Below, piece after piece: positions 27,968 to 37,880 of a stretch of DNA of 64,000 bases. The notes below the pieces were generated by a model. The model did no database searches and had not been told where the DNA came from. It worked only from the letters and a program-made list of their open reading frames with translations. Source of the DNA: Eubacteriales bacterium (GTDB taxonomy: Bacteria > Bacillota > Clostridia > Oscillospirales > CAG-272); assembly GCA_045540175.1 (NCBI GenBank), contig JAZQGU010000042.1, positions 50,109 to 114,108 of the forward strand. The letters are read 5' to 3'. Position 1 is the stretch's first letter, and every line of letters starts with the position of its first letter. The position numbers and the translations under genes are program-made.

Positions 27968-29434
27968 TCAGGATTTAAATATTACAGCCGCGTTTGCAAA
28001 GCATTCGTCGTCACTATAATCCTTTGCTTCCCATTCTGCCTTAGTGCCGACGAAGTTAACGGTTTGAATGTCGGTACCTCCAAACGCTGTCTCAACAATT
28101 TTCTCAACGCTGTTTGGAATAGTAATACTCGTCAAGCTTGTGCAATTGGAGAACGCACTCTTTTCAATGCTCGCAACACTATCGGGGATAGTTACGTTAG
28201 TCAAGCTTGTGCAACCGTATAGCGCACTCTCTCCAATACTCGTAACACTATCGGGGATAGTTATGTTAGTTAAGCTTGTGCAACGTGAGAACACACTCTC
28301 TTCAATACTAGTAACACCGTTAGGAATCGTTATACTCGTCAAGCTTGCGCAACGTGAGAACGCATGATTACCGACAACCGTAACGCTGTCAGGAATAGTT
28401 ATACTCGTCAAGCTTGTGCAATGTGAGAACGCATAATTACCGACAACCGTAACGCTGTCAGGAATAGTTATACTCGTCAAGCTTGTGCAACCGGCAAACG
28501 TAGATGATTCAATGCTCGTGACGCTATCGGAAATAGTTATACTCGCTAAGCTTTTGCAATCAGAGAACGCACTATATCCAACACTGGTAACGCTGTCTGG
28601 AATAGTTATGCTTGTCAAGCTTGTGCATTCGGAGAATGCACTATATCCAACACTGGTAACGCTGTCTGGAATAGTTATGCTCGTCAAACTCGTACATAAA
28701 TAGAACGCACCCGCTCCAATACTCGTAACGTTATCCGGGATAGTTATATCCTTTAAGCTTGAACAATTATAGAACAAATAAAAATCAATGCTGGTGACGC
28801 TATCAGGAATAGTTATGCTCGTCAAGCTTGTACAATGGGAGAACGCATGCGATTCAATGCTCGTAACGCTATTCGGGATAGTAATGCTCGCTAAGTTTTT
28901 GCAATCGGAGAACGCACTCAATCCGATGCTTGTAACGCTATCGGGGATGGTTACACTCTTTAAGCTTGAGCAACAGGAAAACGCTTCCTCTTCAATGCTC
29001 GTAACACCATCGGGGATAGTTATACTCCTTAAGCTTGAGCAAGAGAAGAACGCATGCGATTCAATTCTCGTTACGCTATCGGGGATCGTTATGCTCTTTA
29101 AGCTTGAGCAAAAGGAAAACGCGTCCTCTTCAATGCTCGTAACACTGTTCGGGATGGTTACGCTCTTTAACTTTGAGCAAAGTAAGAACGCACCCTTTCC
29201 GATGTCAGTAACGCCGTCTTTGATTATTACTTTTGTGATGTCCACACCCCACGGCTGCGGAGAACGGGTACTATATTCGCCCATCTTTCCGTTACCGCTG
29301 ATAGTGAGTTCGGTTCCTCTGAGCGTCCAAGTGCAGTCACCGGTCGTACCGCTTTTTGATGCAGAACCGTTACTGCATGCAACAAAAGTCATAAATGCGG
29401 AAATAATTAAAATAAATACAAGTAATCGTTTCAT
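27968..29434 (-). CDS. BspA-type leucine-rich-repeat (LRR_5) surface lipoprotein
   Basis: Lipobox FVAC|S. About 18 repeats of 23 aa (SLTSITIPDSVTSIG..AFS.C). Confidence 0.85.
   Translation of the reverse strand: MKRLLVFILIISAFMTFVACSNGSASKSGTTGDCTWTLRGTELTISGNGKMGEYSTRSPQPWGVDITKVIIKDGVTDIGKGAFLLCSKLKSVTIPNSVTSIEEDAFSFCSSLKSITIPDSVTRIESHAFFSCSSLRSITIPDGVTSIEEEAFSCCSSLKSVTIPDSVTSIGLSAFSDCKNLASITIPNSVTSIESHAFSHCTSLTSITIPDSVTSIDFYLFYNCSSLKDITIPDNVTSIGAGAFYLCTSLTSITIPDSVTSVGYSAFSECTSLTSITIPDSVTSVGYSAFSDCKSLASITISDSVTSIESSTFAGCTSLTSITIPDSVTVVGNYAFSHCTSLTSITIPDSVTVVGNHAFSRCASLTSITIPNGVTSIEESVFSRCTSLTNITIPDSVTSIGESALYGCTSLTNVTIPDSVASIEKSAFSNCTSLTSITIPNSVEKIVETAFGGTDIQTVNFVGTKAEWEAKDYSDDECFANAAVIFKS
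28090..29210 (-). repeat. Intragenic 69-nt periodic repeats encoding the LRR units
   Basis: Adjacent units 28355-28423/28424-28492 and 28561-28629/28630-28698 are nearly identical at the nucleotide level. Confidence 0.85.
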
Positions 29435-29632
29435 TTCTTACCTCCAAATATTTTATAAAATGTGCAAACAGAACAGGCGTATTCATCCACCACTTTAATT
29501 GTATCATGGTAAAGAGGATTTGTCAATATTGATGCGTTCGCATTGCGGAAAGGCAAGTGGGCGTTCAATATTCGCCTAATGCGGATAACAGAAAGAGCGT
29601 AGGAACCTGCTGCAAGCGCCTACACCTCGGGC

Positions 29633-29661
29633 TTGACTTTATATCGGGAATGTGTTACAAT
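29633..29661 (+). promoter_or_regulatory. sigmaA promoter (TTGACT-17-TACAAT, TG-extended) for ABC-F gene
   Basis: Hexamers at 29633-29638 and 29656-29661. Confidence 0.6.
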
Positions 29662-29696
29662 AGCCAGGTGTGTAAAAAAGGAAATGAGGAAAAATA

Positions 29697-31310
29697 ATGA
29701 TTACAGTATCAGATTTGAGCTTTCAGTTTGGCGGACAGCTTCTTTTTAAGGACGTTGACCTAAAATTTACCCCCGGAAACTGCTACGGTATAATCGGCGC
29801 TAACGGTGCGGGCAAGTCGACCTTTCTTAAGATCCTTTGCGGTGAACTTGATCCGACTAAGGGTGCTGTCACAATTCCCGACACGGTCAGAATGTCGGTG
29901 CTTCGCCAGGACCACTTCGCTTTTGACGAATTTACAGTTCTTGACACCGTAATTCAGGGAAACAAGCGTCTTTACGACATTATGATAGAAAAGGACGCTA
30001 TATACGCAAAAGAGGATTTTACCGATGAGGACGGCATTCGTGCTTCCGAGCTTGAAGGCGAATTTGCCGAGCTTAACGGCTGGGAAGCGGAGTCCGACGC
30101 GTCAAAACTTCTTCAGGGACTCGGACTTTCGGAAACCATTCTTTACGATCTTATGTCGACCCTGAAGGAGAGCGAAAAGGTCAAGGTTCTTCTTGCACAG
30201 GCGCGTTTCGGAAACCCCGATATCATTCTTCTCGACGAGCCTACGAACGGTCTTGATATTGACGCGGTCAGATGGCTTGAGGACTTCCTTGCAGACTATT
30301 TCGGTACGGTTCTTGTCGTTTCTCACGACCGTCACTTCCTAAATAACGTTTGTACAAATATCGTCGATATCGACTACGGTTCTATAAAGATGTACGTCGG
30401 TAACTACGAGTTCTGGTATGAGTCCAGCCAGCTTATGCAGAGACTCATAAAACAGCAGAACAAGAAGAACGAGGACAAGATCCGCGAGCTTCAGGCGTTT
30501 ATTTCGCGCTTCTCTGCGAACAAGAGTAAGTCACGCCAGGCGACGGCGCGCAGAAAGCTTCTTGACAAGATCGCGCTTGAAGAGATCCCCGCGTCGAGCA
30601 GACGCTATCCGTTTATCGGCTTTGATATGGACCGCGAGGCGGGTAAGGATATTCTTTTCGTCACCGATCTCACAAAGACCGAGAACGGCGAGATCATGTT
30701 CAAGGATCTGACTTTCACAGTCAACAAGGGCGATAAGATCGCTTTCGTCGGTAACGAGCAGGCGATCACTTCCCTTTTCCGTGTTCTTATGGAGGAAACA
30801 GAGCCGGACAGCGGTTCGTTCAAGTGGGGTATCAGCATCACGAAGTCCTACTTCCCTCACGACAACAGCGAATATTTTAACGGCTGTCACGACTCTATTC
30901 TCGACTGGATGCGCCGTTATTCAAAGGATCAGACCGAGACTTATCTGCGCGGCTTCCTCGGCAGAATGCTCTTCTCGAACGAAAGCGTTTTCAAGGAAGT
31001 AAACGTTCTTTCTGGCGGTGAAAAGGTCAGATGTATGTTCTCGCGCATGATGCTTTTCGGCTCGAACGTACTTCTTCTCGACCAGCCGACAGACCATCTC
31101 GATCTTGAATCCATCACCGCCGTCAACCACGGTCTTGACAATTTCAAGGGCAACGTCCTCTTTACTTCTCACGACTACGAGATCGTGAACACCGTTGCTA
31201 ACAGAATTATTGAGATCAGAGATGACGGCACCTACGTCGACCGTCAGGGCAACTACGACGATTTCGTCGAGTACAAGAAGGCACAGGGAATTCTCAATAT
31301 TACGCTTTGA
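29697..31310 (+). CDS. ABC-F family ATPase (YbiT/YkpA-like)
   Basis: Two ABC cassettes (GANGAGKST; LSGGEKVR), no TM domain, 537 aa. Confidence 0.9.
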   Translation: MITVSDLSFQFGGQLLFKDVDLKFTPGNCYGIIGANGAGKSTFLKILCGELDPTKGAVTIPDTVRMSVLRQDHFAFDEFTVLDTVIQGNKRLYDIMIEKDAIYAKEDFTDEDGIRASELEGEFAELNGWEAESDASKLLQGLGLSETILYDLMSTLKESEKVKVLLAQARFGNPDIILLDEPTNGLDIDAVRWLEDFLADYFGTVLVVSHDRHFLNNVCTNIVDIDYGSIKMYVGNYEFWYESSQLMQRLIKQQNKKNEDKIRELQAFISRFSANKSKSRQATARRKLLDKIALEEIPASSRRYPFIGFDMDREAGKDILFVTDLTKTENGEIMFKDLTFTVNKGDKIAFVGNEQAITSLFRVLMEETEPDSGSFKWGISITKSYFPHDNSEYFNGCHDSILDWMRRYSKDQTETYLRGFLGRMLFSNESVFKEVNVLSGGEKVRCMFSRMMLFGSNVLLLDQPTDHLDLESITAVNHGLDNFKGNVLFTSHDYEIVNTVANRIIEIRDDGTYVDRQGNYDDFVEYKKAQGILNITL

Positions 31311-31327
31311 TAAAACCGTTACAAATC

Positions 31328-31360
31328 GGCGCACCTGAAAAAGCAGGTGCGCCTTTTTAT
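31328..31360 (+). terminator. Intrinsic terminator
   Basis: GGCGCACCTG-AAAAAG-CAGGTGCGCC followed by TTTTTAT. Confidence 0.8.
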
Positions 31361-31460
31361 ATTCATCGTTTTTCGTCAAGACAAACGGAAATCAGTATGA
31401 TATAATATTGTCACAAGCAGTAGGCCGACCGCTTAATTTATCCATTTCAGGAGGTAAGAT

Positions 31461-32684
31461 ATGGAAAACAATGATTTGATAAGAAAAGCCGTAAAATATA
31501 TCAACAACTTGGGCTCAAATGCGACCACGCTTGATGACGTAGCAAAGAACGCAGGCTTTTGCACCGACTACTTCAACCGTATATTCCGGAACCACACGGG
31601 ATTTAACGTTATGGAATACGTAAAATTCAGAAGACTAAATCGTGCCGCACGAATGCTTCGTACATCTCCTGAACGTGACATTCTGTCGATTGCCTTGGAT
31701 TGCGGTTATGAAAGCCACGAGGGATTTGCACGCGCATTTAAAGAACAATACGGCAAATCCCCCAGCGAATACCGTAAAACAATGAAAAACCAACCGGTTG
31801 TTTGGGCTGACAACGAATTAAACGCTACCGCTGTTTCTGAATTTCGCCACGTTCTTTCCGATTTTCTTGAAAAAGATGCTGATGAGGCCATAGATTGGCT
31901 TCTTGAAAAAGATGCAAAGCGTTACGGATATACGGCTATAACCATTGCCATTAACGGCTCAAAAATCGTTTCGGACAAAGACTCATTTGAAAAGGGTTTT
32001 GTTACGATAGACAATTTTTTTGAAAACCCTTATTTAACACTTGTTCTTGATGATTTGAGCAATCTAAGAGATTACATTGATAAGCTCATGCTTTTCAAAC
32101 CCGGAAATATTGATTTCATGTTCCATAATGATGTATCATTTGAAGATGTAAAAACGACTCTTGAGGGAGTCAATTTCAAAGGAATAAGAGAAAGAAATGA
32201 AACAATGTATTTCGGAGAACCTTTCGTTCTGCCTAAGGAAGCACAAAAGTATGACATTCATATGTTGGAGCTTCAAGATTCGGAAGCGATTGATGAATTT
32301 ATTGAAGGATACTCAAATGAAATGTTCAAGAGATCTGGTGGATACGGTCTTAAAAACTTGCTAAAAAAGCCGCTTGAGCAAAGACCGCTTTCGCAACCCT
32401 TTGGCGTTTTTGATGGCAAAAAGCTGCTTGCTATATCCTATGACGGACTGCAGAGCGCGCACGGATTTTGTCTGAATAACTGTGTTTCTACTCCTAATTT
32501 ATCCGACGCTACTAATGATGCGATCAAATATCTTTATCTAACTGCTACAAATGCAGCAATGAAAAAAGGATATATTCCTTTCGAAGATACTCAATTTGAT
32601 AAATACGCCGAAGCACACGGAGGATTTGATGCATTTGAATTGGGATTTGAAAAAGTTAATACCGTGTATTCTATTGATTTTTAA
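31461..32684 (+). CDS. AraC-family regulator with N-terminal HTH and large C-terminal GNAT-like/unknown domain
   Basis: Residues 20-105 carry the AraC double HTH (GYESHEGFARAFKEQYGKSPSEYR). About 300 aa follow. Confidence 0.75.
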   Translation: MENNDLIRKAVKYINNLGSNATTLDDVAKNAGFCTDYFNRIFRNHTGFNVMEYVKFRRLNRAARMLRTSPERDILSIALDCGYESHEGFARAFKEQYGKSPSEYRKTMKNQPVVWADNELNATAVSEFRHVLSDFLEKDADEAIDWLLEKDAKRYGYTAITIAINGSKIVSDKDSFEKGFVTIDNFFENPYLTLVLDDLSNLRDYIDKLMLFKPGNIDFMFHNDVSFEDVKTTLEGVNFKGIRERNETMYFGEPFVLPKEAQKYDIHMLELQDSEAIDEFIEGYSNEMFKRSGGYGLKNLLKKPLEQRPLSQPFGVFDGKKLLAISYDGLQSAHGFCLNNCVSTPNLSDATNDAIKYLYLTATNAAMKKGYIPFEDTQFDKYAEAHGGFDAFELGFEKVNTVYSIDF

Positions 32685-32768
32685 ATCTACTCAGCGCCTA
32701 GTTCCGCTTTTGTGTTTACAAATACGATACTACGCGGAATACTAACTCGCTTTCGCGGCACATCAAAA

Positions 32769-32796
32769 AAGGACAGAGACGATAATCTCTGTCCTT
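32769..32796. terminator. Terminator (mainly minus-strand) after the GH cluster
   Basis: AAGGACAGAG-8 nt-CTCTGTCCTT. On the minus strand it is followed by TTTTTTGATG. Confidence 0.65.
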
Positions 32797-32807
32797 TTCC
32801 TATAATT

Positions 32808-33749
32808 TTAGAACGAATCGGGGTAAAATTTCTTTCTGCCGAGGTAGAACTGGTGCGCGTCGTTATAGAGCGAATAGAGCATACGGTCGGTCGTTGCTTC
32901 CCATGATGCCGTCATAATTCCTTTGAGATGAGACTGATCGAGGTTTTTCTTACAGTATGCGATAGTACCGATCGTGTTTTGATTCGTGTCCCAGGTCGAG
33001 CAGGTCGGGATCTGATCGAAGCCGTGCTTATCAAGTACGTCGTATGCGTGGATCATTTTATAGGCGTGTGAATCGGTCGGGTAATCGCGGAGGTGTCCGT
33101 AGAACCAGTTTGACTGAAGGATCGACTTAGGCATCTTCTTCAAGAACGTTTCCTCGTGATTCCACATATAGTCCGACCATATCCACGGGCGTGCGCCGTG
33201 CTTTTCACATTCGCCTGCCAGATAGTAAAGGTCGTTCCACCAGAGGTCGCCGTTACGCACTATCGTCATTTCGTAGTGTTTCTGCATATGTGCTTCTTCC
33301 TCGTCGAAGCCGAGATGGAAGAGCTCAGGGTTGCCGAACAGCTCACAGACCTCAGAGATGACATCGGCTGCGACCTTATAGTATATCGGAGTCGAGATCA
33401 TTCTTCGGTATTCCTTAAGCCACGTGTCGTGGCAGGTCGAGAAATTGAGCTTCGGTATCGGCGTGATTCCGAGTGCGCGCATTTCGTCGAACTTTTTCTT
33501 TGCGTAATCCTTATCCCACGCATTCGGTGCGGAGATCTCGGGGTGGCTTTCGTACTTGATTCCGTCGCCGACGTCGACAAGTACTGCGTTGAAGCCTCTT
33601 TCCGCAATGAAAGAGAGCGTTTTGTCCCACGCGTTCTCGCTGAATTCGATCTCGTCCGTATACTGCGGAACAAGATTCCAGCCGCGAAGCGGTGAGCTTT
33701 CGTCCTCCCACTGGTGGTCGGACAGCATTAACATGTATGCCCAGATCAT
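32808..33749 (-). CDS. Putative TIM-barrel glycoside hydrolase (GH20-like catalytic core?)
   Basis: 313 aa with no signal peptide. FHLGFDEEE resembles the GH20 H-x-G-x-DE motif. The assignment is tentative. Confidence 0.4.
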   Translation of the reverse strand: MIWAYMLMLSDHQWEDESSPLRGWNLVPQYTDEIEFSENAWDKTLSFIAERGFNAVLVDVGDGIKYESHPEISAPNAWDKDYAKKKFDEMRALGITPIPKLNFSTCHDTWLKEYRRMISTPIYYKVAADVISEVCELFGNPELFHLGFDEEEAHMQKHYEMTIVRNGDLWWNDLYYLAGECEKHGARPWIWSDYMWNHEETFLKKMPKSILQSNWFYGHLRDYPTDSHAYKMIHAYDVLDKHGFDQIPTCSTWDTNQNTIGTIAYCKKNLDQSHLKGIMTASWEATTDRMLYSLYNDAHQFYLGRKKFYPDSF

Positions 33750-33772
33750 ATTTATTTTCCTCCGTAAAAAAA

Positions 33773-35971
33773 TTATTTACTTAGTGATACTGTGATCTCA
33801 CACGGCTTTTCGGCATGTGAGACGATGACTCCGTCAACGTAGACGGTAAAACCGCTTCCATTTCCGTAACGTGTGCCGTCTTTATCGTATACGAGGGTGA
33901 CGTTCTTTCCTCTGTACGGCAGGTTTTCAAGGCAGAAGTATTCCCAATCCGAAGGGACAAGCGGGGATATCTTTAAGGTATCGCTATTCTCGGGCGTGAT
34001 TCCGAAAAGACCTGTGATTATAAGGTTCGGATACTGTGAATGATTATAATACGAGCTTCTTTCGGTTATCTGTATCCATTCTCCGCTATCGGGGAGCAGG
34101 CTTTCGCCTATCCACGGAGTTTCTCTTATTCCGTCGCCGTCGGTATCGTTATAGTGTGTCAATGTGTAATTTTTAAGGAGCGTATAATAATCTTCTGCAG
34201 TTACGTAGCTCTGATTTTTGTAATTTCTTACAGCATTTGCCATAGCGATGAGGGTCTGCGTCGTTGCGAAAGGCCACGACGGGCCGTTCCATTTACAAGC
34301 CCTGTCAAAGAGTTCAAGAACAGCTTTTTCTCTTTCGGCGGTAAGCGGGCCGTATTGTCCGTAGAAATAATCGGGGTCCATAAGATATTTCCATATCTCT
34401 GCGTGCTCGGCGTCGTCGTCCGGCATATTGAACATCCACGGTGCAAATCCGACAAGCTCACGCACATCTGAGTAATTATCCGCGCTGTCGTGCCACACGC
34501 GGTAAAACGATCCGTCCCAAAGCTTTTCCATTGACTCCTTGATAGCCGCAGCCTTTGCTTTATACTCATCGTATGCTGCGGTATCGCCCTTTAGTTTTGC
34601 TATTTCCGCAATTGCGAGGGCATTTGCGTACATATAGCTGTTAAAGGTCGGGCGGAAAGTCCTTTTTGAATTGTCGGGGTCGCTTACCGACGTTTCCATT
34701 CCCTCTGAGCCGCCGTTGATCTTGTACAGACCTATGCTTGGATCAAAGTGAGTTGACGTGAAACGTGAGTAAAAACCTTTTAGCTGAATATAGTGATCTA
34801 ATATTTTATCATCAGCCGTTACAAGATATCTTTGATAATATGCATCGGCAAGCCAGCTCGAATAGAGATAGATAGCGCTCTGTCCTCTTCCAAACCAGAA
34901 GCTCATATAATCGTCTAAGTATTTTCCGTCGCGGATCCATCTTCCGTCGTATATATGGTGTCCTGCGGCACAAACGATTGCGTTATCGGAGCGAGCCCAG
35001 GCAACGTTCGGAAGAAACTCCGTAATTACGTACGAATCGGTTGACGAGAGCCTTATCTGGCTTCTGTAAGTATGCCAGCGATAATAGTATATTTCCTTCA
35101 GGCTTTCGTCCGGCATATCTGCGTATGGAATATTGTATTCAAACCACGCGTTAAAATTCTTTTTCTGAGTTGAGATCGGGTCTTTATCCTTAAAGAAAGA
35201 CTTCAGCAGTTTCGTATCCGCTTTTTGTCTGTCGAACGAAGCGCCGAGCTTGAAAGTATGCTCTTTGCCCGGTGCTATTTCAGCTGAGGCGTCAAGGAAT
35301 CTGTCCGTCACCTTGAATCCGTCACCCGATGCAACTATATCGAGGACGGGTTTATTCTCTCTCATATATGTGGCACAAAGACTGCCGTCTTTTTCTTCCA
35401 CCTTCGTAAGATTTCCGGTAAGAAGTGATCTCAGCGACACGTTTATCGGCTCGGACGATCCGTTATTCACCTTGATTATGACGGCGATCATATTCTCGGT
35501 CGAGACGTATTTATAGCCCGTTATACTGACTCCGTCTTTGCCCTCATAGTGAGAAGTGACACAGCTTGGCGTAAATTCCGCTTCCCTTACCGACACTCCC
35601 GATCCGTTTACCTTTACAGTAACCGGCATTCCCCATCCTGTATTAATCAGCTTACTGTCGCTGTACTCAGGGGTGTTCAGCGTAATATTTGCGTGGATCG
35701 AACGGTCGTCAAAGCCCCAGCCCGACTGGTGAAAGGAAAAGACCAGCTCGTTATATCCAAGCGGTATTCCGTCCGTATATTTCATCGTCAAAAGCGAATC
35801 TATATCAGTTTTGGTTCTGACGATATCGGTAAAGGTTTCATCGAATTTATACATATCGTTCATTCCGTTGTCCTCCTTTTTACCTGTTACTTCTGTTTTT
35901 TTACAGCTGATAAGATTTAACACGGTCAAAACAGTCAGTACCGCGCTCAACATTCGGTGAAATTTATTCAC
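33773..35971 (-). CDS. Lipoprotein (alpha/alpha)6-barrel glycoside hydrolase (GH63/MGH1/trehalase-like)
   Basis: GTG at 35971 after GGAGA gives MNKFHRMLSAVLTVLTVLNLISC| (lipobox). C-terminal WNGPSWPFATTQ is typical of six-hairpin GHs. The longer ORF-track start would span the upstream terminator. Confidence 0.6.
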   Translation of the reverse strand: MNKFHRMLSAVLTVLTVLNLISCKKTEVTGKKEDNGMNDMYKFDETFTDIVRTKTDIDSLLTMKYTDGIPLGYNELVFSFHQSGWGFDDRSIHANITLNTPEYSDSKLINTGWGMPVTVKVNGSGVSVREAEFTPSCVTSHYEGKDGVSITGYKYVSTENMIAVIIKVNNGSSEPINVSLRSLLTGNLTKVEEKDGSLCATYMRENKPVLDIVASGDGFKVTDRFLDASAEIAPGKEHTFKLGASFDRQKADTKLLKSFFKDKDPISTQKKNFNAWFEYNIPYADMPDESLKEIYYYRWHTYRSQIRLSSTDSYVITEFLPNVAWARSDNAIVCAAGHHIYDGRWIRDGKYLDDYMSFWFGRGQSAIYLYSSWLADAYYQRYLVTADDKILDHYIQLKGFYSRFTSTHFDPSIGLYKINGGSEGMETSVSDPDNSKRTFRPTFNSYMYANALAIAEIAKLKGDTAAYDEYKAKAAAIKESMEKLWDGSFYRVWHDSADNYSDVRELVGFAPWMFNMPDDDAEHAEIWKYLMDPDYFYGQYGPLTAEREKAVLELFDRACKWNGPSWPFATTQTLIAMANAVRNYKNQSYVTAEDYYTLLKNYTLTHYNDTDGDGIRETPWIGESLLPDSGEWIQITERSSYYNHSQYPNLIITGLFGITPENSDTLKISPLVPSDWEYFCLENLPYRGKNVTLVYDKDGTRYGNGSGFTVYVDGVIVSHAEKPCEITVSLSK

Positions 35972-35987
35972 GGCTTTTTCTCCATAA

Positions 35988-36016
35988 AGCAAAAGATCGG
36001 CTCCGAGGAGCCGATC
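35988..36016 (-). terminator. Intrinsic terminator after M23 peptidase gene
   Basis: GATCGGCTCC/GGAGCCGATC stem. On the minus strand it is followed by TTTTGCTTT. Confidence 0.65.
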
Positions 36017-36023
36017 CTGTTTT

Positions 36024-37679
36024 TTACTTAAGTCCGATCGCCTCGGCAACTGTGCTGTTGACCGAGACACCCTCGGTCTCATAATTGTAATAGCGTACGG
36101 GGGTATCGTAAACGTAAAGTCCGAAGTGGAGAGTCGTTCCCGTGCAGAAGCCTGTGTCTCCCACGATTCCGAGAACCGTTCCCTTCGTGATCTCCTGACC
36201 GACAGTTACGCTGATAGAACTCATATGTGCGTAAAGCGATTTGAGTCCTCCACCGTGTTCAACAATGACTGTCTTACCGGAAAGCGTCGTTTCGCCGACA
36301 TATACCACCTTGCCGGGCAAGCACACCTTAACGGAATCTCCGTCCTTGACGTAGTAGTTTACGCCCTCGTGCTCATAAACTGTATTTGCATAGGAGAGGA
36401 TTATGTCGATACCGAAGCCGCTTCTGATCTTTCTCGTCGTCGGGTCGATTATCTTATTATCCTCCATCCAGTAGAGCTTATCCTCGTGAGCGCTAAGATA
36501 CGGTGCTACCGTATTATTAAATGCTTCAATGGTGCTCTTATTTCGGAGCTGCTCGATCGTTTCCTTGGGGATGTTCTGAGAGTCTTTACCGTAGCCTCTT
36601 TGAGTAAGAGTTATCGGAATGTCACGCGATACGTCACCGTATGTAAAGGTAAAAGTGTAATTGAGAGCTTTATTATTGGTCTTTTCATCCTTAAGGGAGA
36701 ACGGAATGATTGCGTGGTAGTATCCGCCGTATTCAAAGAATACGGGCTTTGCGCTGATTGCAGGCTTCGACGAGAAGCTGATCTGTGTCGGGTCGATAAT
36801 ATTCTTAGCGGACACGATGACGAAATCTCCGTATCGGAGCGTTGCGTGCTCGCTGACATAGAACACCGCAGGAGACTGGACGTTTGCAGTAAACAGGTAT
36901 TCGCCCTCTCCGTAGTTATTTTTATTATCAGCCTTATACCATTTTGCCGTGACCTTTACGTCATATACCGTATTGTCTGCAAAGAGGCTCGGGTCGATAT
37001 TTTCATACACGTCGTCAAAAACTGTCTGTCCCGCTTCTGTTTTGATCACTGCGTAGACATAGTCGGGCTTGATATTGAATGAAAGCTGGAGACCGCCCGA
37101 AACGACGCAGGTGGGCTTGCTTTCTGCCTTATTTACGTTTCCGTCGACATATCCGCCGTTAATTCCGACGTATTTCCAGGTCATCTCTGAGGGCAGGACG
37201 TTATTTGACGTACCGACGTTAAGTACCGGCTGTGCAGCATCGGGGAACACCTCGGTTGCATATACTGTTTTTAGGAACGATCTTGCATTACTCTTAGCTA
37301 TTCTGTAAAGCTTTCCGTTACCGTCGCGGAAGAAGCAGTTCGACGGATCTGAGGTAATATAATACGTATATTCCGAAACCTTATTGTAGCTCGAATACGC
37401 GACCTTATATACTGCATAATTTGATGCGTCTGTCGGAAGCGACGACATTTTCTTTGCATCTTCGTGCATACCGATGAGTGCTTTGAAGAGCGCCTTGCTT
37501 CCCTTTTCGTTTTTGAGATGTGTCTCGGTTTCTCCATTGGGCGCCGTAAAGACGAGCTTTGAGACCGATCCCTCGGTTACGGGATTGTTCACCGAGTATA
37601 TATATGACGACAGCGCTATCAGCGTCGGCATTATCAGTACCGCCACAACTATCGCAAGAGTTATTATTCTGTTCTTCAT
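36024..37679 (-). CDS. Membrane-anchored M23 (LytM-domain) peptidase with large N-terminal extracellular region
   Basis: N-terminal TM helix. C-terminal VEHGGGLKSLYAHMS...GDTGFCTGTTLHF (M23 HxxxD/HxH context). Confidence 0.8.
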   Translation of the reverse strand: MKNRIITLAIVVAVLIMPTLIALSSYIYSVNNPVTEGSVSKLVFTAPNGETETHLKNEKGSKALFKALIGMHEDAKKMSSLPTDASNYAVYKVAYSSYNKVSEYTYYITSDPSNCFFRDGNGKLYRIAKSNARSFLKTVYATEVFPDAAQPVLNVGTSNNVLPSEMTWKYVGINGGYVDGNVNKAESKPTCVVSGGLQLSFNIKPDYVYAVIKTEAGQTVFDDVYENIDPSLFADNTVYDVKVTAKWYKADNKNNYGEGEYLFTANVQSPAVFYVSEHATLRYGDFVIVSAKNIIDPTQISFSSKPAISAKPVFFEYGGYYHAIIPFSLKDEKTNNKALNYTFTFTYGDVSRDIPITLTQRGYGKDSQNIPKETIEQLRNKSTIEAFNNTVAPYLSAHEDKLYWMEDNKIIDPTTRKIRSGFGIDIILSYANTVYEHEGVNYYVKDGDSVKVCLPGKVVYVGETTLSGKTVIVEHGGGLKSLYAHMSSISVTVGQEITKGTVLGIVGDTGFCTGTTLHFGLYVYDTPVRYYNYETEGVSVNSTVAEAIGLK

Positions 37680-37880
37680 ATTTATTCGCCTTTCGGTTTG
37701 AAATTCGTTATATATGTATATATTTCGACAAATATATTATACACCAAAGCTACCCGTCGGTCAAGACATATAGAAAAAATCCTGACAAAAAATATATTGA
37801 AGAATTTTCGGTTTTTCTGTTGGATTTATTGCTGAAGTATGATATAATATTATGAATACCTGTATACGGAGTGCCGTTTT

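Noticed and set aside
28090-29210. Regular 69-nt periodic repeats that could be mistaken for a CRISPR array
   Set aside because: The repeats are contiguous with no unique spacers. They are in frame and encode 23-aa BspA-type LRR units within one lipoprotein ORF. There are no cas genes.
29697-31310. ABC-F ATPase as an antibiotic-resistance (ARE) determinant (also considered for 40254-42155)
   Set aside because: There is a short unstructured 5' UTR, no leader peptide or attenuator, and a housekeeping-like context. The sequence layout is closer to YbiT/YkpA and Uup/YfmR types. This cannot be fully excluded without phylogeny.
35972-36082. Longer N-terminus of the GH ORF (start at 36082)
   Set aside because: The extension overlaps the M23 gene 3' end and contains that gene's terminator hairpin. 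GTG at 35971 has an RBS and yields a proper lipoprotein signal peptide.
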